Positions 36,863 through 49,950 are shown, counted from the stretch's first letter. The stretch: DNA of 64,000 nt from Azolla caroliniana (GCA_043228905.1 JBHGNT010000011.1:11842001-11906000); one strand, 5' to 3'. Notes: a model not told the origin generated them from the letters alone. Numbers and translations: made by a program.

Positions 36863-38876
36863 AATAAGGCTTGTGCAAGCTTTATCTTGCACATTAGCAA
36901 GGCTCTTGAAGCTGAGATATAAGATAGGGTGAGGACAAGTCCTTGGTTTGGGCTTATGATAGATGAAGCTATCGATGTAAGCATAACCAAGAACTTGATC
37001 CTTTACGCTACATTTGTGGAAGGAAGGCAAGTAAGAACCTCTTATTTGGGGGTACTTGAAGTAGAGGATGGTACAACCAACACAATAATAGAAAGCATTT
37101 TAGCATTGTTTAAAAAGTGGAACCTAGATGTTAGAAAAATCATGGGATTTGGAAGTGATGGAGGATCTGTTATGGTAGGTATGTCTACAGGTGTTGCCAC
37201 AAGATTGAAGTCATATAATCCATTTATGACTTCTTTACATTGTTGTGCACATCAAACAAACTTGTGTGTGCAAGAGGCTTCAAAGAACATTGAAGTCAAA
37301 GAAACATGCAAGTAGTTAGATGCCCTTGTGAATCGGGTGGATGCACATTTCTCGAGGAGCTCAATGCGCCAAGGTGAATTAACTAAGATGCAAGATCCAT
37401 TAGAATACACACATTTGCATATTCTTGGGATTGTGAAGACACGATGACTTAGTCGACATGGTGCTATCATGAGGGTATGCGATGTGTATGAACCCTTGAT
37501 GAAGACTTTGCAATCGCAAAGTGATGCATACAATGTATTCTTAAGTTTAAGAAACTTCAAAGTAGTGTATATGTTTCACTTCCTTGCAGATGTACTTAAG
37601 ATCATGTCTACGTTAAGTATGGAATTCCAAAAGGAATATGTGGATGTGACATGCATTGGAGGTTTGGCTATGATAGCCATTGGGGAGATAGAATAACAAT
37701 TTCTACATCATGTTATGATGGATCTCAATGGTTTTGAGAAGGATAGCTATAATTATCCAATTATTCCAGAATATGGTAGAGAAAAAGGAATGCTTTCAGT
37801 TTTACGAGATGCTATAAAAGGTAATATGTATAAAGGCATTAATGGTGAGGACTTAATTGAAGCCATACAATTCCAAACTTTGTTTTCTAAGGCATTAATA
37901 GAGACAATAAAAAAAAGGCTTCAAGATCCGGTGACTCTTTCTGCGTTGAAAATGTTATCACCAATGAACATGTCTACCGCATCTACAAGCATTTTAGTAC
38001 GAAAAACTATGGGTCTTAATGAGTTGAAAACACTTGGAAATTTTTATGGCATTCAAAAAATGATAGATGGGAAAGCGTTTTCTCCCATAATTGATAATGA
38101 TAAACTGTATGATGAATATGCAATTTTCAAAAGGCAAGGCACTACGGAATGGCTTGGAAGAGATTTCTTAGATATTTGGGGTATGATAAATTGTAATGAT
38201 GTGTGGAAAGAAAAGCTACCCGAACTTCTAAATCTTTCATTGACAGGATTAATTCAATGTTCTTCTACGGCAACATGTGAGAGAGGCTTTAGTCGTCTAA
38301 ATCTAATAAAAAATAAGTTTAGAAATAGGTAAAAAAGAAATGCGGTTGATGCATTGATATGAATCTCTATTGAAAGATCTGAACTAGAAGAACATGACTT
38401 TAGTGCCAACATTTTGTTGTGGCGAGAGAGCAAGGCATATCGTCATATTTTTACAGGAACTTCTCATGAGCATGATGATGACATTGAGAACTTCATAGAA
38501 GATATAGATTGAAACTTTATAAATTTGATCGATTTTGTTTTGGAACTTTCTATATACTAGATCTAAGTTGATCTAATATGTTGTTAATGCTAGTTTACAA
38601 AGTTTTGAAAAGTGAAATTTGTTTAAAAAGTTAGATTTCTTTTTTGGTAAATATATATATCTTTAATTTTTGGGATCCAAATATTTGTGATGATTTGATT
38701 TCGTATTGCGCTAGATATTGTTTTTGATTTGGTATGTGGCCCATTTTTTTTTTCAACATGTTCCGGTTGACATTGTCGCTGGTAGGAACGTGGCCGACTG
38801 AAATTTGAAAATTCTAGTTAGGTTCATGAGAAGCAGCAAAATTTCCGATATGGGCTAGAGACTTTGCCCAACACTG
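36863..38876 (+). mobile_element. hAT DNA transposon (ZNF862-like transposase), 3' part, degenerate
   Basis: FGLMIDE, FGSDGG, LHCCAH, TR*LSR and CSSTATCERGFS (hAT dimerisation domain). The right end CTTTGCCCAACACTG is a CAGTGTTG-type TIR joined to copia-C sequence. Confidence 0.88.
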
Positions 38877-41245
38877 GCACATCATTAAGCGTACATGGTG
38901 AAGGTGGCAGTCGTGCGTGTGCTAGAGAGGTATGCCAAAGCAGCTAAGGATCCGAACTAGCAGAAGGCCATGGAGGAAAATGAGATGTGGGACTTGGTGG
39001 ATGTACTAGAAGGAGTGAAGTCGATCGATTGTTGGTGGTTGTATAAAGTTAAATACAATGTCGACGGCCCTGTTAACCAGTACAAGGCCCGACTTGTGGC
39101 AAAGGGGTATGCGCAACAGCACGACATTGACTACGATGAGATGTTTGCATCAGTTTTGAAGATGAAGACCATATGTGTCTTGCTTGTGGTGGCTATGGCG
39201 AAGGGCTGGCACTTACATCAGATGGATGTTAAAAATGCATTCTTGCAAGGCGACCTTGAGGATTATGTATATATGGTTTAGCCCCCCAGATTTCAGTCCG
39301 GAATGAACACGTCGGTTGTTTGCCGACTGAAGAAGTCCCTATATGGACTCAAGCAAGCCCCACGTGCTTGGAACGCAAAGATCATGTAGTGACTGCGTCA
39401 GATGGGGTTTGCGTCGTTGAAATTGGACTCTTCACTCTTCGCTTGGCAAGATCAGGACGGGATGGTAAGCATTTTTCTCTATGTGGATGATCTGGTAATC
39501 GCCGACCCCGACCTGGAAGAAATTGGCCGTGCCAAGTCCGAACTCATGGCATCGTTTGAAATGAAGGATCTCGGGGACCTTCATTACTTCCTCGGGATCG
39601 AAGTGATCCGCACCTCAGAAGACATCCTGATCAGTCAACGCCACTACGTGTTGAGTATGCTCTTCAAATTCGGTATGACGGATGCAAGTCCATCTCGACT
39701 CCTCTAGACCGAAATGTTAAGCTTCACTAAGGATCGGGAACAACATGCGACGCAACACGGTTCCGACAAATTGTCGGGAGCCTTATCTATCTGATGATCA
39801 TTCGTTCGTACCTCAATTATCCGGTTGGACTAATAAGTCAGTTCATGTCGTAGCCGACCATTGAACATCTGTAGTGCGTGCATCGAATAATGCAGTATGT
39901 CAACGGCACTAAGGATCGGGCTTTGCTGTATCGGGTCGGTATAGTTAGACAACTTGTTGGATATACGGATGGCGATTGGGTCAGAAACATCTGCGATTGA
40001 CGTCAACTTCCGGGTTCACCTTCTCACTTGGAAGTGTTGCGGTTGCCTGGAACAACAAGAAGTAGCGACAATTGCATTATCGAGCACCGAGGCCGTGTAC
40101 CGAGGAGTTGTTGTCGTGACATGCGAAGCCATATAGCTCAAGAGGCTATTAAAGGATATGCATGTGGAGGTGTCCGATCCGACGACGATCTACTGTGACA
40201 ACCTCAACAACATCCAATTGGTGAAGAGCCCCGTCTTCCATGCCCGAACAAAGCACATTGAGGTGCATTACAATTTACCATTTTGTCTGAGAGCGAGTCC
40301 TCTCCCGTGAAGTTGAACTAGTGTATGTTCCAATGGATCGACAGACTGTCGACATCATCACCAAATCTCTCAGCTTGGACAAGTTGCTTGGTCTCCAACA
40401 CCTCGATATGCCGAACTTGAGGGGGGGCGGTGAATCCGAAAAGGAGGAGAGAGATGATGATGATGTTCGGAAAGCCGAATCCAATGACGAATTCGATTTC
40501 AGACTGACTGGAGAAGTCGAAATGTTTGAGTCGGCTGAAGAAATCGAGGACAAATGGACATGTCTAGATAGAACAGACAAGTGGAGACTTGTCAAACGCA
40601 GGGGGAGCAACCACAAAGGGAAGCCGGAGTTGAAGCCAACCGAAAAAGGGGGAGGTAAAGCCAACAAGGCCAAGAAGACCAAGACACGAACGTGATTTGA
40701 TGTCATGAAGGGTCTGAATATCGAGGACGAGTTGGAGACAGGTAACTCAGACAAGAGTGGGAAGAATTGGAGACAATCGATTTGGTCAAGAGTCAAAGTG
40801 AATCAGAAGCACCCGATTCAATCAAAATGTTCGATTTGGAGGAGCCAAATCGGTTGGCCAAGCGGTCAATGAGGCAGCCGGAACCAACCCCGACGAGGAA
40901 CCAACGGGTCGAGGGAGCCAACACCGCGACAACGAGGGAGCTGATAAGGGCCAAGGAAGCAGACGAGTCGATCGAGAAGGTAAGGGTGCGCGGAACCGGA
41001 CGGGTCATGGGAAGAGGAACCGAACCAGACAAGGAGCGCGAGCTAGGAGGGAAGACGCCAGGAGGAGTCAGAGGAAAGAACCAGCAGACACACACACACA
41101 CACACAACAATCCGACCTCAAGTTGAGCTTGAGGGGGAGTTTTGAGCAAACAAGCTCAATCGGATCCGGATCGGCTGAATAAGCCAGAGCCGGATCGGTA
41201 TCTAGATCGGAGAACTAGATAGGTATCCGAATCGGTGTCCGGAAA
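38877..41245 (+). mobile_element. Ty1/copia element 3' half (copia-C, related to copia-B)
   Basis: RT (YKARLVAKGY, HQMDVKNAFL, YVDD), RH, charged extension, PPT GAGGGGGAG, truncated 3' LTR from 41140. Confidence 0.9.
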
Positions 41246-41339
41246 CTCAAAGAAAGTATAAACAATTCTAGATTGGAAGACACCATATTCAGTTCATGAT
41301 GTACATCGTTTCTTGGGATTTGCAAATTTCTATCACAAA
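41246..41339 (+). pseudogene. Small Ty3/gypsy (chromovirus-like) RT-RH linker fragment
   Basis: Reads TILDWKTPYSVHDVHRFLGFANFYHK. Confidence 0.7.
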
Positions 41340-41543
41340 TGTTGGAGATGAGGCCATCACTGCAGAAATAGAAACAACACTTAGGTGTTGAAGAACAAGA
41401 AGTTGATGATAGATTAACAAGATGAACAGAAACAGAAACAACACTTAGGTGTTGAAGAACAAGAAGTTGATGATAGATTAACAAGATGAACAGATTAAAG
41501 TTGAGAGTGGCAAGACAACTTAATCAGAATACAACATCAAGAT

Positions 41544-41576
<33 letters not shown>

Positions 41577-41729
41577 TATTAACGTCTTCTAAGGCCAAAT
41601 TTGGCCCATGAGACAAATAGGTTACAACAAAAATGAGTGTTTATCCAATCATCAAAACTAAAAATAAAAGAAAATAGCTTAAGCTAAGAAAGTTCTAGTA
41701 GTGTACAAAACTTTGCACTAAGTCTAATC

Positions 41730-44700
41730 TCATTTCCACCCAAGTCTCTCAAAAAGAAGTGGGAGGTCAAAAGTTTTTGGTGTGGGTGTGACCCATGGTC
41801 CCGATGCATAGAGTGCCCTAGCCATGGCTTCTAGGCGGTGTAGTTCACGTTCCCTTATTTTCTTTATTGCTTCTACATCTCATCGAGTTGCTTTGAAACC
41901 CGGCATCCGAGGGCGTTTGGTTCTTCTTTGATTTTCTGCTTCATCAAGGAGAAGTCCGAGTGGTGCAGGTGTGTCGACATTCATTGTCTCCCCCTGTTCC
42001 TGAAAAACTTCATTTGTTATATGTTGGTAAACATTAGCAACATTATTATCAACGTTTTGTAATTTATTCTCTCTGTGTTGTTTCAATTCTAAGATGTATC
42101 TACCTAATTTCTTCATATCTATTGTATCTAATAGTTTAGGGAGGGTGGGAGAGGAACCAAGTATGTCTTGGTATTTTGCCCTTATCTCGGCATAGGTGGG
42201 GCATTTGCATGTAAAATGGTACTCATCCTCTATCTCTATGTGGCATAACCTACATATCCTTTCCTCCCTAGGGACTCCATTAGTACGTCCATTCTCAATC
42301 TCAAGTTGGTGAGATGATATTCTAAGTTGACCAATGGCAACCCTTAGTGCATGTGGTAAGAATACATCTAGATATTTTGGGCGCGTGATAAAACCTAACT
42401 CAGAGAAGTACATAAAGTGTTCCTTATAGTACGACATTTTAGATGGGAGTGGCTCTAGTGGGGTGATCCATTTATACCGAGTATAAATTTGCCATATTTC
42501 TTGGCGTATTACTTTATTACGGTCCTCATGAGAGATTAAAGTGTTATCAGTCGTGTGGTCGTACTTAAGGGGGGGGAGGTTAGTAATGTCTAGACCGTTG
42601 GCAAGAAGCCAACTCACCATCATGCCATACCATGAGCTAGTATAGCCGGACTCATACAGTGCTCGAGAAGCCTTAAAGGCTTGGTGGGATATTCTATCAA
42701 GTGGTTGGTTATGTATCCTGTGTATAAAGACTACCAGTTGAAAAAGTGCTTCTACTAACATAGGGGGTAGAGTGAACTCAGCCCTAATAATGTGGGACCG
42801 ACGATTTGCTTCGGAGTTGGCGTGATAACATCATCACCAATGGTCTCTCTAATTGCGTCCACATGAAAGATGGTAGTCCTGGGGCCCAAACCGCTGATGC
42901 ATACATGAGAGAGGGAGTCACTAATGAGTCAAAGAGCCACCCTTTAGTTTGTGGCTCTTGGAAGTATGCTTAGTGGCATTGTCTCTCGAGGAGTGAGAGG
43001 GATGCATGTCCTCTTGTAAGTCTATCCTTCGCTGCTTGTGTCATCGAAAATTTACCTGAGCGGGCACTGAAAGTGACTCCGAGATAGACATATGATCCAA
43101 CCACCTCAACTGGGCTATGGGAGATAGTTAGGTGACACTTAGCTCTAACTTGGGCCGACGTGTGGAAGATAAGGACTTTAGTTTTCCCTAGATTCACTAC
43201 CAATCCTCGTTGTGTGCAAAAGTCATCTAAGGCATTAAGGTGCCTTTGTAGGTCGTGTTCGGATTCAGAGAGCAAAACTATGTCGTCTGCATAGAGCAAG
43301 ATACGCACCTGCGTATCCCCCAGGACTACTCCATTGCCTCCCTTACGAGCAATAAAATCTGTGATCTCATCAATGTAGATCCCAAAAAGAGTCGGAGATA
43401 AGGGGCAACCTTGTTTTACACCAATAGTGCTAGTGAAACTATCAGATATGCCACCTGGGCATCGAACACACCCGGACACTTGTTCATATAGTGCGTAGAT
43501 GGCCCAAACCATGTCATCTGGTATCCTCAAGCTCTTAAGCCTATCAAACAACCGCTCTCTAAGGACCGTGTCAAAGGCTTTGCGGATATAGTTTCTTCTT
43601 GCGAGCCTTAGTCTGGTCAATTAAGCATCTAAGTGTGAAGATATGGTCAATAGTGGAGAAGGCTCGTCTAAAGCCAGCCTGTTCAGGTGCACGAAGATTT
43701 AAGGTCTCCATATACTCGCTAAGCTCTGCCTCCATTACTGCACCATATAATTTAGCAAGGGTATGACCTATCATAATGGTCCTATAAGTATTTGGGTCCA
43801 TGGGGTCCCCCCCCTTATGTATGGGGGCCACTGTGTTCATGGTCCATTGTGATGGAAAACCCTCTGCAAGGGCACGATTGAAGATTAGAGTTAACAAGGG
43901 AGCTAGGCACTCTCGCATATATGATGTGTTCTGCTCGCAATCCTGTGTGGTCCATGGACTTCCTATGTTGTAATTTCTTTATGACCTTCGTGACCCTAGA
44001 GGTCGTGAAGAGTGTCCCCACAGTAGGTCGGGGTGTAGAAGGCATTGGAATGGGTGGTTGGTTTGGGATGTGGTAAAGTCTCTCTGTATAAGTGTGCCAA
44101 GTTTCGGGATCTTCGATGGGTGTTTGTGGTCTTGGTTCCCGTAATCTCTTCCATGCAGTGGCACAATCGCTACTCATGAGCATGTGGTAGAGTTCCCAAT
44201 ATTGGGATGCCTCCCATGCTCGTCTCTTACGACGTGTCATCTTGCGCATTTCTTTACGAGCTTGTACTGAGGTAATACTACCACTGAGTTGCGATATTGT
44301 AAGTTGTCGATGTAAGCACCTACAATCCTCATCATACCATCTATTTTGTGGCATAGATCCTACTTTACCTTGATTGGAGTGTTTCGTGTATGGGAAACTG
44401 CTAACCGCTGCAGAATGAAGGATGTGTGTGAGTTTCGTACTAAGGCTCTCTAAAGGTAGGGAGGGATCAAGGGAGGAGAGATGGGCTTGAACATGTCGAG
44501 CATATATGTCAGAGAGCTCATGTGTGAAATGTATTGTGATGTCATGGCGTGGTTGACTAGAGTTGGTGACGTTAGAGATATCGCATTTTATCTCGAAGTA
44601 TAAGAAACTATGGTCCGTGCCAATAGGACATGGGGCCACTCGGAAGGAGTTAATCATGTGGGTAGCTTCAGGGCGTCCTATTAGATAATCGACTGTGCTT

Positions 44701-45449
44701 TCCCCTCCTCCATGTGGGAAACATGTGAGCTCTTCCGAATCTGGCCACTTGGCTAAACCATTATATATGACCATCTGGTGCCGACTACCGAGTTCGAGCA
44801 AATGATGGCCAAAGCTCGTGGCGTCTGCACCTTGATCCTTTGATCTACGTGTGGTGTCTATGTCTGAAGGATCGACATTTACCATTTCTAGGTTTCTATT
44901 CATTTGAAATATTGTGCATTGTCGAGATTGGGTTCTCGCATTAAAGTCTCCTACAAGGAATACTTCGCCTTGGGAAGAATATCGGATTATGTCATCCGAT
45001 AGAGGTTCATATGGGGAAGGCCCATGTGGCACTCCGTCATCAACTAATCTCGCCTCGCCAGCCAGATTATAACGAGAGCCTTTCGGGGGGAAGTAACAAA
45101 TGGCGAAAATTACTGCCTTGTCCTTGCTTGTGGAGACTTTCACCCACATAAAACGAGCTTCTAGGTCTGTGCTCAGTATTTCTATCCTATTATGTAGCTC
45201 CCTCCGAAACAATATTGCGACACCTCCAGATCCCCTGGTAATGCATCGACATGAGGTTTGTCTAAAAGCCAACTCCCAACGAAATCCTTCGACTCGTGGG
45301 AGTCCCCTATTTGGGCTTTGGTGTGTTTCTACTAGGCAAACTATATCTGATTCCTTTAATATCCCCTCTAGGCGGCCGGGGTGTGTCCAGAGTGCGCCGT
45401 TACAATTCCATAAGGTCATCCTAAGTGTGTTTTTTGTCACATGGGCCAC
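41730..45449 (-). pseudogene. LINE ORF2 (EN-RT-CCHC), frameshifted
   Basis: ORFs 43815-45449, 43571-43918, 42970-43620 and 41880-42761. Confidence 0.92.
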
Positions 45450-45455
45450 ACGCCG

Positions 45456-46980
45456 TCAATTAGTAGTGCGATCATTTATGATCACTCGCCCATCTCGATA
45501 AAAGGCGTGATGCCCATCTTTGCGAGCTTGCATAACCTTTGGCATACAACTCTTGCGATGCTCAATTTGCATCTTGGTGAGGTCTTCATCGAGATAGATA
45601 GGGTCCCCACCCAATCCTCGAAGAATTGGTCTCTTCTTAAAGAAAGTGATTCTAGAGTCTAAGTCTTTAAATTGAAGAACTAAGGCTCTCTTCCTAGTTG
45701 TGTCGCGTCCGGCCCTCCAAGCTTTGGTGATAGTGACGGGAACTCAAGGCTCCTTATGTCCAACACTCGGCCACAACCGAGCTTCTTTTCATACGCAGAA
45801 AACGGGAAACAAATGCACGACACAGTGGAGAAGAAAAATAATAGTACACAGGAGGTTTACGTGGAAAACCCCAAACTAAGGGAAAAACCACGGCAGCCCA
45901 CAGGCTGCAAACTGTCATTATGTGAGAATGTACAACAGTGAGTTCACTGAGGCAACAACCTCTTTCTCTCTCTCTCTGTACACTATTACGTGCTCACTCT
46001 TCTTCTTGCACCAACAAAGAAAAAGAATGACAACAACAACAGTTACTAAAAGTTTGCCCTAAGTCATATTTATACTAATATGACTTTTCGGCTATTTACA
46101 AATATAGCCTCGATGGGCTCTCAGAAACATATTTACGAATATGTCTCTTCATCCGGTTCTCATCGGGTCTGTACCATCCAGCTCTCCGTAGCCGGGTACT
46201 CCTCATCCGGTTCATACCGGGCCTGCACCATCCGGCTCTCCGTAGCCGGGTACTCCTCATCCGGTTCATACCGGGCCTGCACCATCCGGCTCTCCGTAGC
46301 CGGGTACTCCTCATCCGGTTCATACCGGGTCTGTACCATCCGGCTCTCCGTAGCCGGGTCCTCCTCATACGGTTTCGGCCTCGGTCGAGTTTGTTCATCG
46401 GCACTGTTCTTCTTCCTTCCCATCCGGAGGGACCTGTTTCCCAACAGATAGGTAGGGTCGTTGTGTACCCTAACATTTTCCCGAGTGTTTGTGCATCCTC
46501 GTCTGGGGATGCACCTTCCTTGAGCCCAGTGACACGCACATTTAGGCGTCGGGCCTGACGCATTTTCTCCTCTTCGAGGGTGGTATTAACAATATTTTCA
46601 TCCTTTATTTCTTTTTTAATGTTTCTTTTAACCACATCTACCCAACCCGTTTTTGCTAACTCTATGTTATTTTTAACCTCCTCTTTAACTTTTTTGATCT
46701 CATCTTTTATATCCTCAATGGAGGATATTTCACCGTCCTCTCGGGATACCTTGATGTCATTAAGTTGTTGTTTGAGGTTTGTGTTTTCCTCTTTAAGTTT
46801 TTCTATTTCGGCCTTGAGGGTGTCTTTTTCCTCTCTATCTTTTTTCTTGTGGGTTTCGGCGTCTTTCACCCATTTTTTCATATCCATCTCTATTTTTGTT
46901 AAACGGTTAAACATATCCAAAAAGTCCTCCTTACTTATAGCCTCGTCTTGTGTATCCTTGTGTTCCTTTCGTTTAGACAT
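45456..46980 (-). pseudogene. LINE ORF1 (coiled coil plus RRM-like), interrupted by a solo LTR
   Basis: RRLNVRVTGLKE..LPI | TKAWRAGR..LVLQF..IYLDEDLT; the frame is restored when 45734-46446 and one TSD copy are removed. Confidence 0.85.
45734..46446 (-). mobile_element. Solo LTR (probably copia) with 4 x 54-bp tandem repeat
   Basis: TG...CA termini and perfect TSD GATAG (45729-45733 and 46447-46451). TATA and GGGTTTTCCACGTAAA on the minus strand; repeats at 46147-46370. Confidence 0.9.
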
Positions 46981-47409
46981 TGTAGAAAGAAAAAAAGGAT
47001 AAAATAAATGGGTTCGAGACTTAGCCGAGTTTGTGTTATGTCGTAGTCACATCTGCATTTTGCACACGACGAGCACGCTAAAAGAACAAGGATGCGCCGC
47101 CAAGAGAAGAAACGCGACACTCGGCAACCTCAAGAAACAAGGAGGAGAAGAGCACGGCAACGGCAATGGCGACTACAACGGATGATGGCGAACTGCAGCA
47201 GGTCGTCCAGCACGCTGACGACAGTTGACGGCGACGGACGGCAGTAGACGGCGACGGACGGCAACAAACGGCAACAAACGGCGACGGACGTCAGAGGCGG
47301 CAGCGCGCCAACAGATGACAGCAACACGATGGGGGGGGGAGTGCAGCTCGGTAGCAGGCGGCGACAAACGTCGCAGACGACAACGACGACAGTGTGGCAC
47401 ACGACGGTT

Positions 47410-47444
<35 letters not shown>

Positions 47445-47981
47445 AACAACACCCAACAAGAAGTTGATGATAGATTAACAAGATGAACAAAAATAGAAAT
47501 AGCACTTAGGTGTTGAAGAACAAGAAGTTGATGATAGATTAACAAGATGAACAGATTAAAGTCGAGAGTGGCAAGACAACTTAATCAGAATACAACATGA
47601 AGATAGATTAACAAGATGAACAAAAATAGAAACAACACTTAGGTGTTGAAGATCAAGAAGTTGATGATAGATTAACAAGATGAACAAATTAAAGTTGAAC
47701 TGTGTAACTATATTATTCAAATGTTTAAGTGAGCATTTAGTACTTGTCAGTACTCGAGTCAGCCTAGTGCTCATTGTATGTACTGAGTGTTGTTGTTTTA
47801 TAATTGAATTTGTTTTATCTACTTACTCTCTCTCACTATGTACTTGCTCTCGACTTCCATTCTCTGTGTATTCCTGATAGTCTACTGTTGTCGGCTAAAC
47901 CATTTTGTTTGTAAGCTTCCACATCACACTTTTATAGGTATCCATCACGACCTTGTTATCGTATATGCATGTGCGTGCTAC

Positions 47982-48147
47982 TGTATGGAACCATGGGGGT
48001 CTTGGACTACGAAGGACTCAATGACTAAGAGGGTGTGGACGTTTGGGAACTCAAAGGCTCCCGTGTATGGAACCATGGGGGTCTTGAACTACGAAGGACG
48101 CAATGACTAAGAGGGTGTGGACGTTTGGGAACTCAAAGGCTCCCGTG
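47982..48147. repeat. 2 x 82-bp tandem duplication
   Basis: TGTATGGAACCATGGGGG...GGCTCCCG occurs twice with 2 mismatches. Confidence 0.9.
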
Positions 48148-48275
48148 AGTCCAATACTCCTAGAAGTCGAAAGGTCGAGTCAAACGTTCACTCAACTCTC
48201 TTTCCAGCTATCAGCACCATTGTCACATTCTAAACTCGAACCTCTGACCTATCACACAACCAATACATAGTGTTG

Positions 48276-49361
48276 TGTTAGATAAACCATATGGAAACTA
48301 TTGAGTTATATGTGAATTTATATATGGTTCAGATTGTAAAGTCTAACATACAATACATTCCAGAATATTCTAGTCTTTAGTATATTCTAGAAATATTCTA
48401 TGGTTCTAGACGAGTATATTCTAGAGATTTTTCTCCAGTATATTCCATAGATATTCAATCTCGGAACTTGTATAAATACGTGTGTTCACCTAGATTACAA
48501 TCAAGGTGAAACAACACTAGTTACAGAGTCTTTCAATTCATCAACTCATCCATTCAATTTTCTTCTAGTCTCTTGTGCATATTATCTACTTGTGACAATT
48601 TGCTCACCTTCCCATTCTCGTAGCTCTCCCTCTAGTTGTAGCCATGTCCGACCCAACCAGTGAATTAACCTAGATAATGGTAGCCTCACAACAACTCCAG
48701 TTTGAAAATGAAGCTCTTCGGCATTCTTTATGAGAACTTCAAGTCAACACCTCACTATACTCATAGCCTGCGGAGCCTAGTTGTCCAATGCAACCTAGCA
48801 CAGAGCCCAATATTCTACTGACATCTAGCGTAGCTTCTTCTCATTTTCTTGAGCCTAAGGTTAGCCACCTAGAAAAATTTGATGGAACGAGGTCACGTTT
48901 TTGAGGGTTCATCAACTAGATTCGACTTATCATTCAACTACAACCTCAACGTTATGCAAATGGTCGTCGACAAAGTCGGCCTTGTGGGCACCCTCCTCTC
49001 CGGTCCGGCCCAAGATTGGTTTGCACCATTAGTAGAAACTTCATCATCTCTATTAGAGAACTTTCCCACCTTCCTCGGTGAGTTAGAGGCCACGTTTGGA
49101 GAGATAGACCGGTGACGTGCAACCCTCACCAAGCTTTATGCACTAGAACAAGGTTTGCGCACAACTTCTGTCTATGGTTCAGAATTCCGACAACTAGCAT
49201 GCAACGTCAATTGGGATGATCAAGCTTTAGCTTATCACTTTCAGCGGGGCCTTCAGAGCAATGTCAAGAATCTTCTCTTGAACTTTCTGGAGCCCACCTC
49301 ATTATCCCAAGCGATCTCACAAGCAATCCATTGTGACAATCGTCTTTTTGAATTCCGTTAG
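48276..49361 (+). mobile_element. Tcn1/Tf1-like chromovirus relic: 5' LTR (48276-48597) and degenerate gag
   Basis: TGTTA...GTGACA termini with TATAAATA. gag reads EKFDGTRSRF, LLSGPAQDW, SVYGSEFRQLA..VNWDDQAL, IHCDNRL (PEG10/Tcn1-type). Confidence 0.8.
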
Positions 49362-49365
49362 GAAG

Positions 49366-49498
49366 TGTTGGGATAAAAGTCCCACTCCACCCACTCTGTA
49401 TCTCTAGTGTGAACACAATTAACCTAACTATATAAGTAGGTAATTGTTCTTATAAAAAGAGTTTGAAGGTTAATGAAAGACAATCTTCTTTGAGCACA

Positions 49499-49541
<43 letters not shown>

Positions 49542-49728
49542 GTGTAACCATCTTGTTTTTTGTCTGTTGCTCTACTAGTTTGCTAGACTACTTGTTGTCG
49601 GTTATGAATGTGCATGGATGACGAATGCTACACATATGGTCACGACTTTTTGTGTGAGGATGCTGCCTATAGAGAAAGGAATGTCACGATTGACAAAAGT
49701 TAGTTATCACAAATTCGTATTATCAACA
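49366..49728 (+). repeat. Putative solo LTR adjacent to the LCMT1 promoter
   Basis: TGTTGG...TCAACA termini, TATA boxes and (CT)n. No matching TSD (GGAAG/CAAAT). Confidence 0.45.
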
Positions 49729-49789
49729 CAAATTGCTAATCAAATTGTGTAATGTCGATGAAGCAATAGAGCGGTCTGGTGGTGATTGC

Positions 49790-49950
49790 AGAGGAGGAAG
49801 ATCGGGGTTAGGGTTTAGGGGCATTCCGGCAAATTATAGAAAACGTTGTAGAGGGAAGGATGGGTTTTAGGGTTAAGGGGCATTCCGGTAATTGCAGAAA
49901 GTGAGAAGAGGAAGGTTAGGGTTAGGGGCATTGCAGTAATTACAGAAAAT
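49790..49950 (+). promoter_or_regulatory. Telo-box-containing ~55-60-bp degenerate triple repeat upstream of LCMT1
   Basis: TTAGGGTTTAGGGG, TTTTAGGGTTAAGGGG and GTTAGGGTTAGGGG, each followed by GCATT..AATT..AGAAA. Confidence 0.55.

Larger units (their letters stand above)
41547..47454 (-). mobile_element. Full-length non-LTR retrotransposon (LINE; RTEX/L2-like), degenerate
   Basis: (CT)n and GC-rich 5' UTR, ORF1, ORF2 with APE endonuclease (WNCNG, ETH, GDFNAR, VDY, TDH), RT (EQAGFR, QGCPLSP, YADD) and CCHC (CRLC..EDEYH..C). (TTTC)n 3' tail. Confidence 0.92.
41340..47930 (+). repeat. LTR-like element with ~64-bp subrepeats, split by the LINE
   Basis: Starts TGTTGG. AACACTTAGGTGTTGAAGAACAAGAAGTTGATGATAGATTAACAAGATGAAC units occur at 41365-41495 and 47455-47695. 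Right end uncertain. Confidence 0.5.

Noticed and set aside
46096-46451. ORFs with 18-aa repeats (EPDEEYPATESRMVQARY, etc.)
   Set aside because: These are translations of a 54-bp tandem repeat inside a solo LTR bounded by the GATAG TSD, not a gene.
41365-47695. Repeat units resembling a CRISPR array
   Set aside because: Units are head-to-tail without unique spacers, the context is eukaryotic TE sequence, and no cas genes are present.
49804-49930. Telomere or interstitial telomeric array
   Set aside because: Only 1-2 units per cluster, which fits telo-box promoter motifs.
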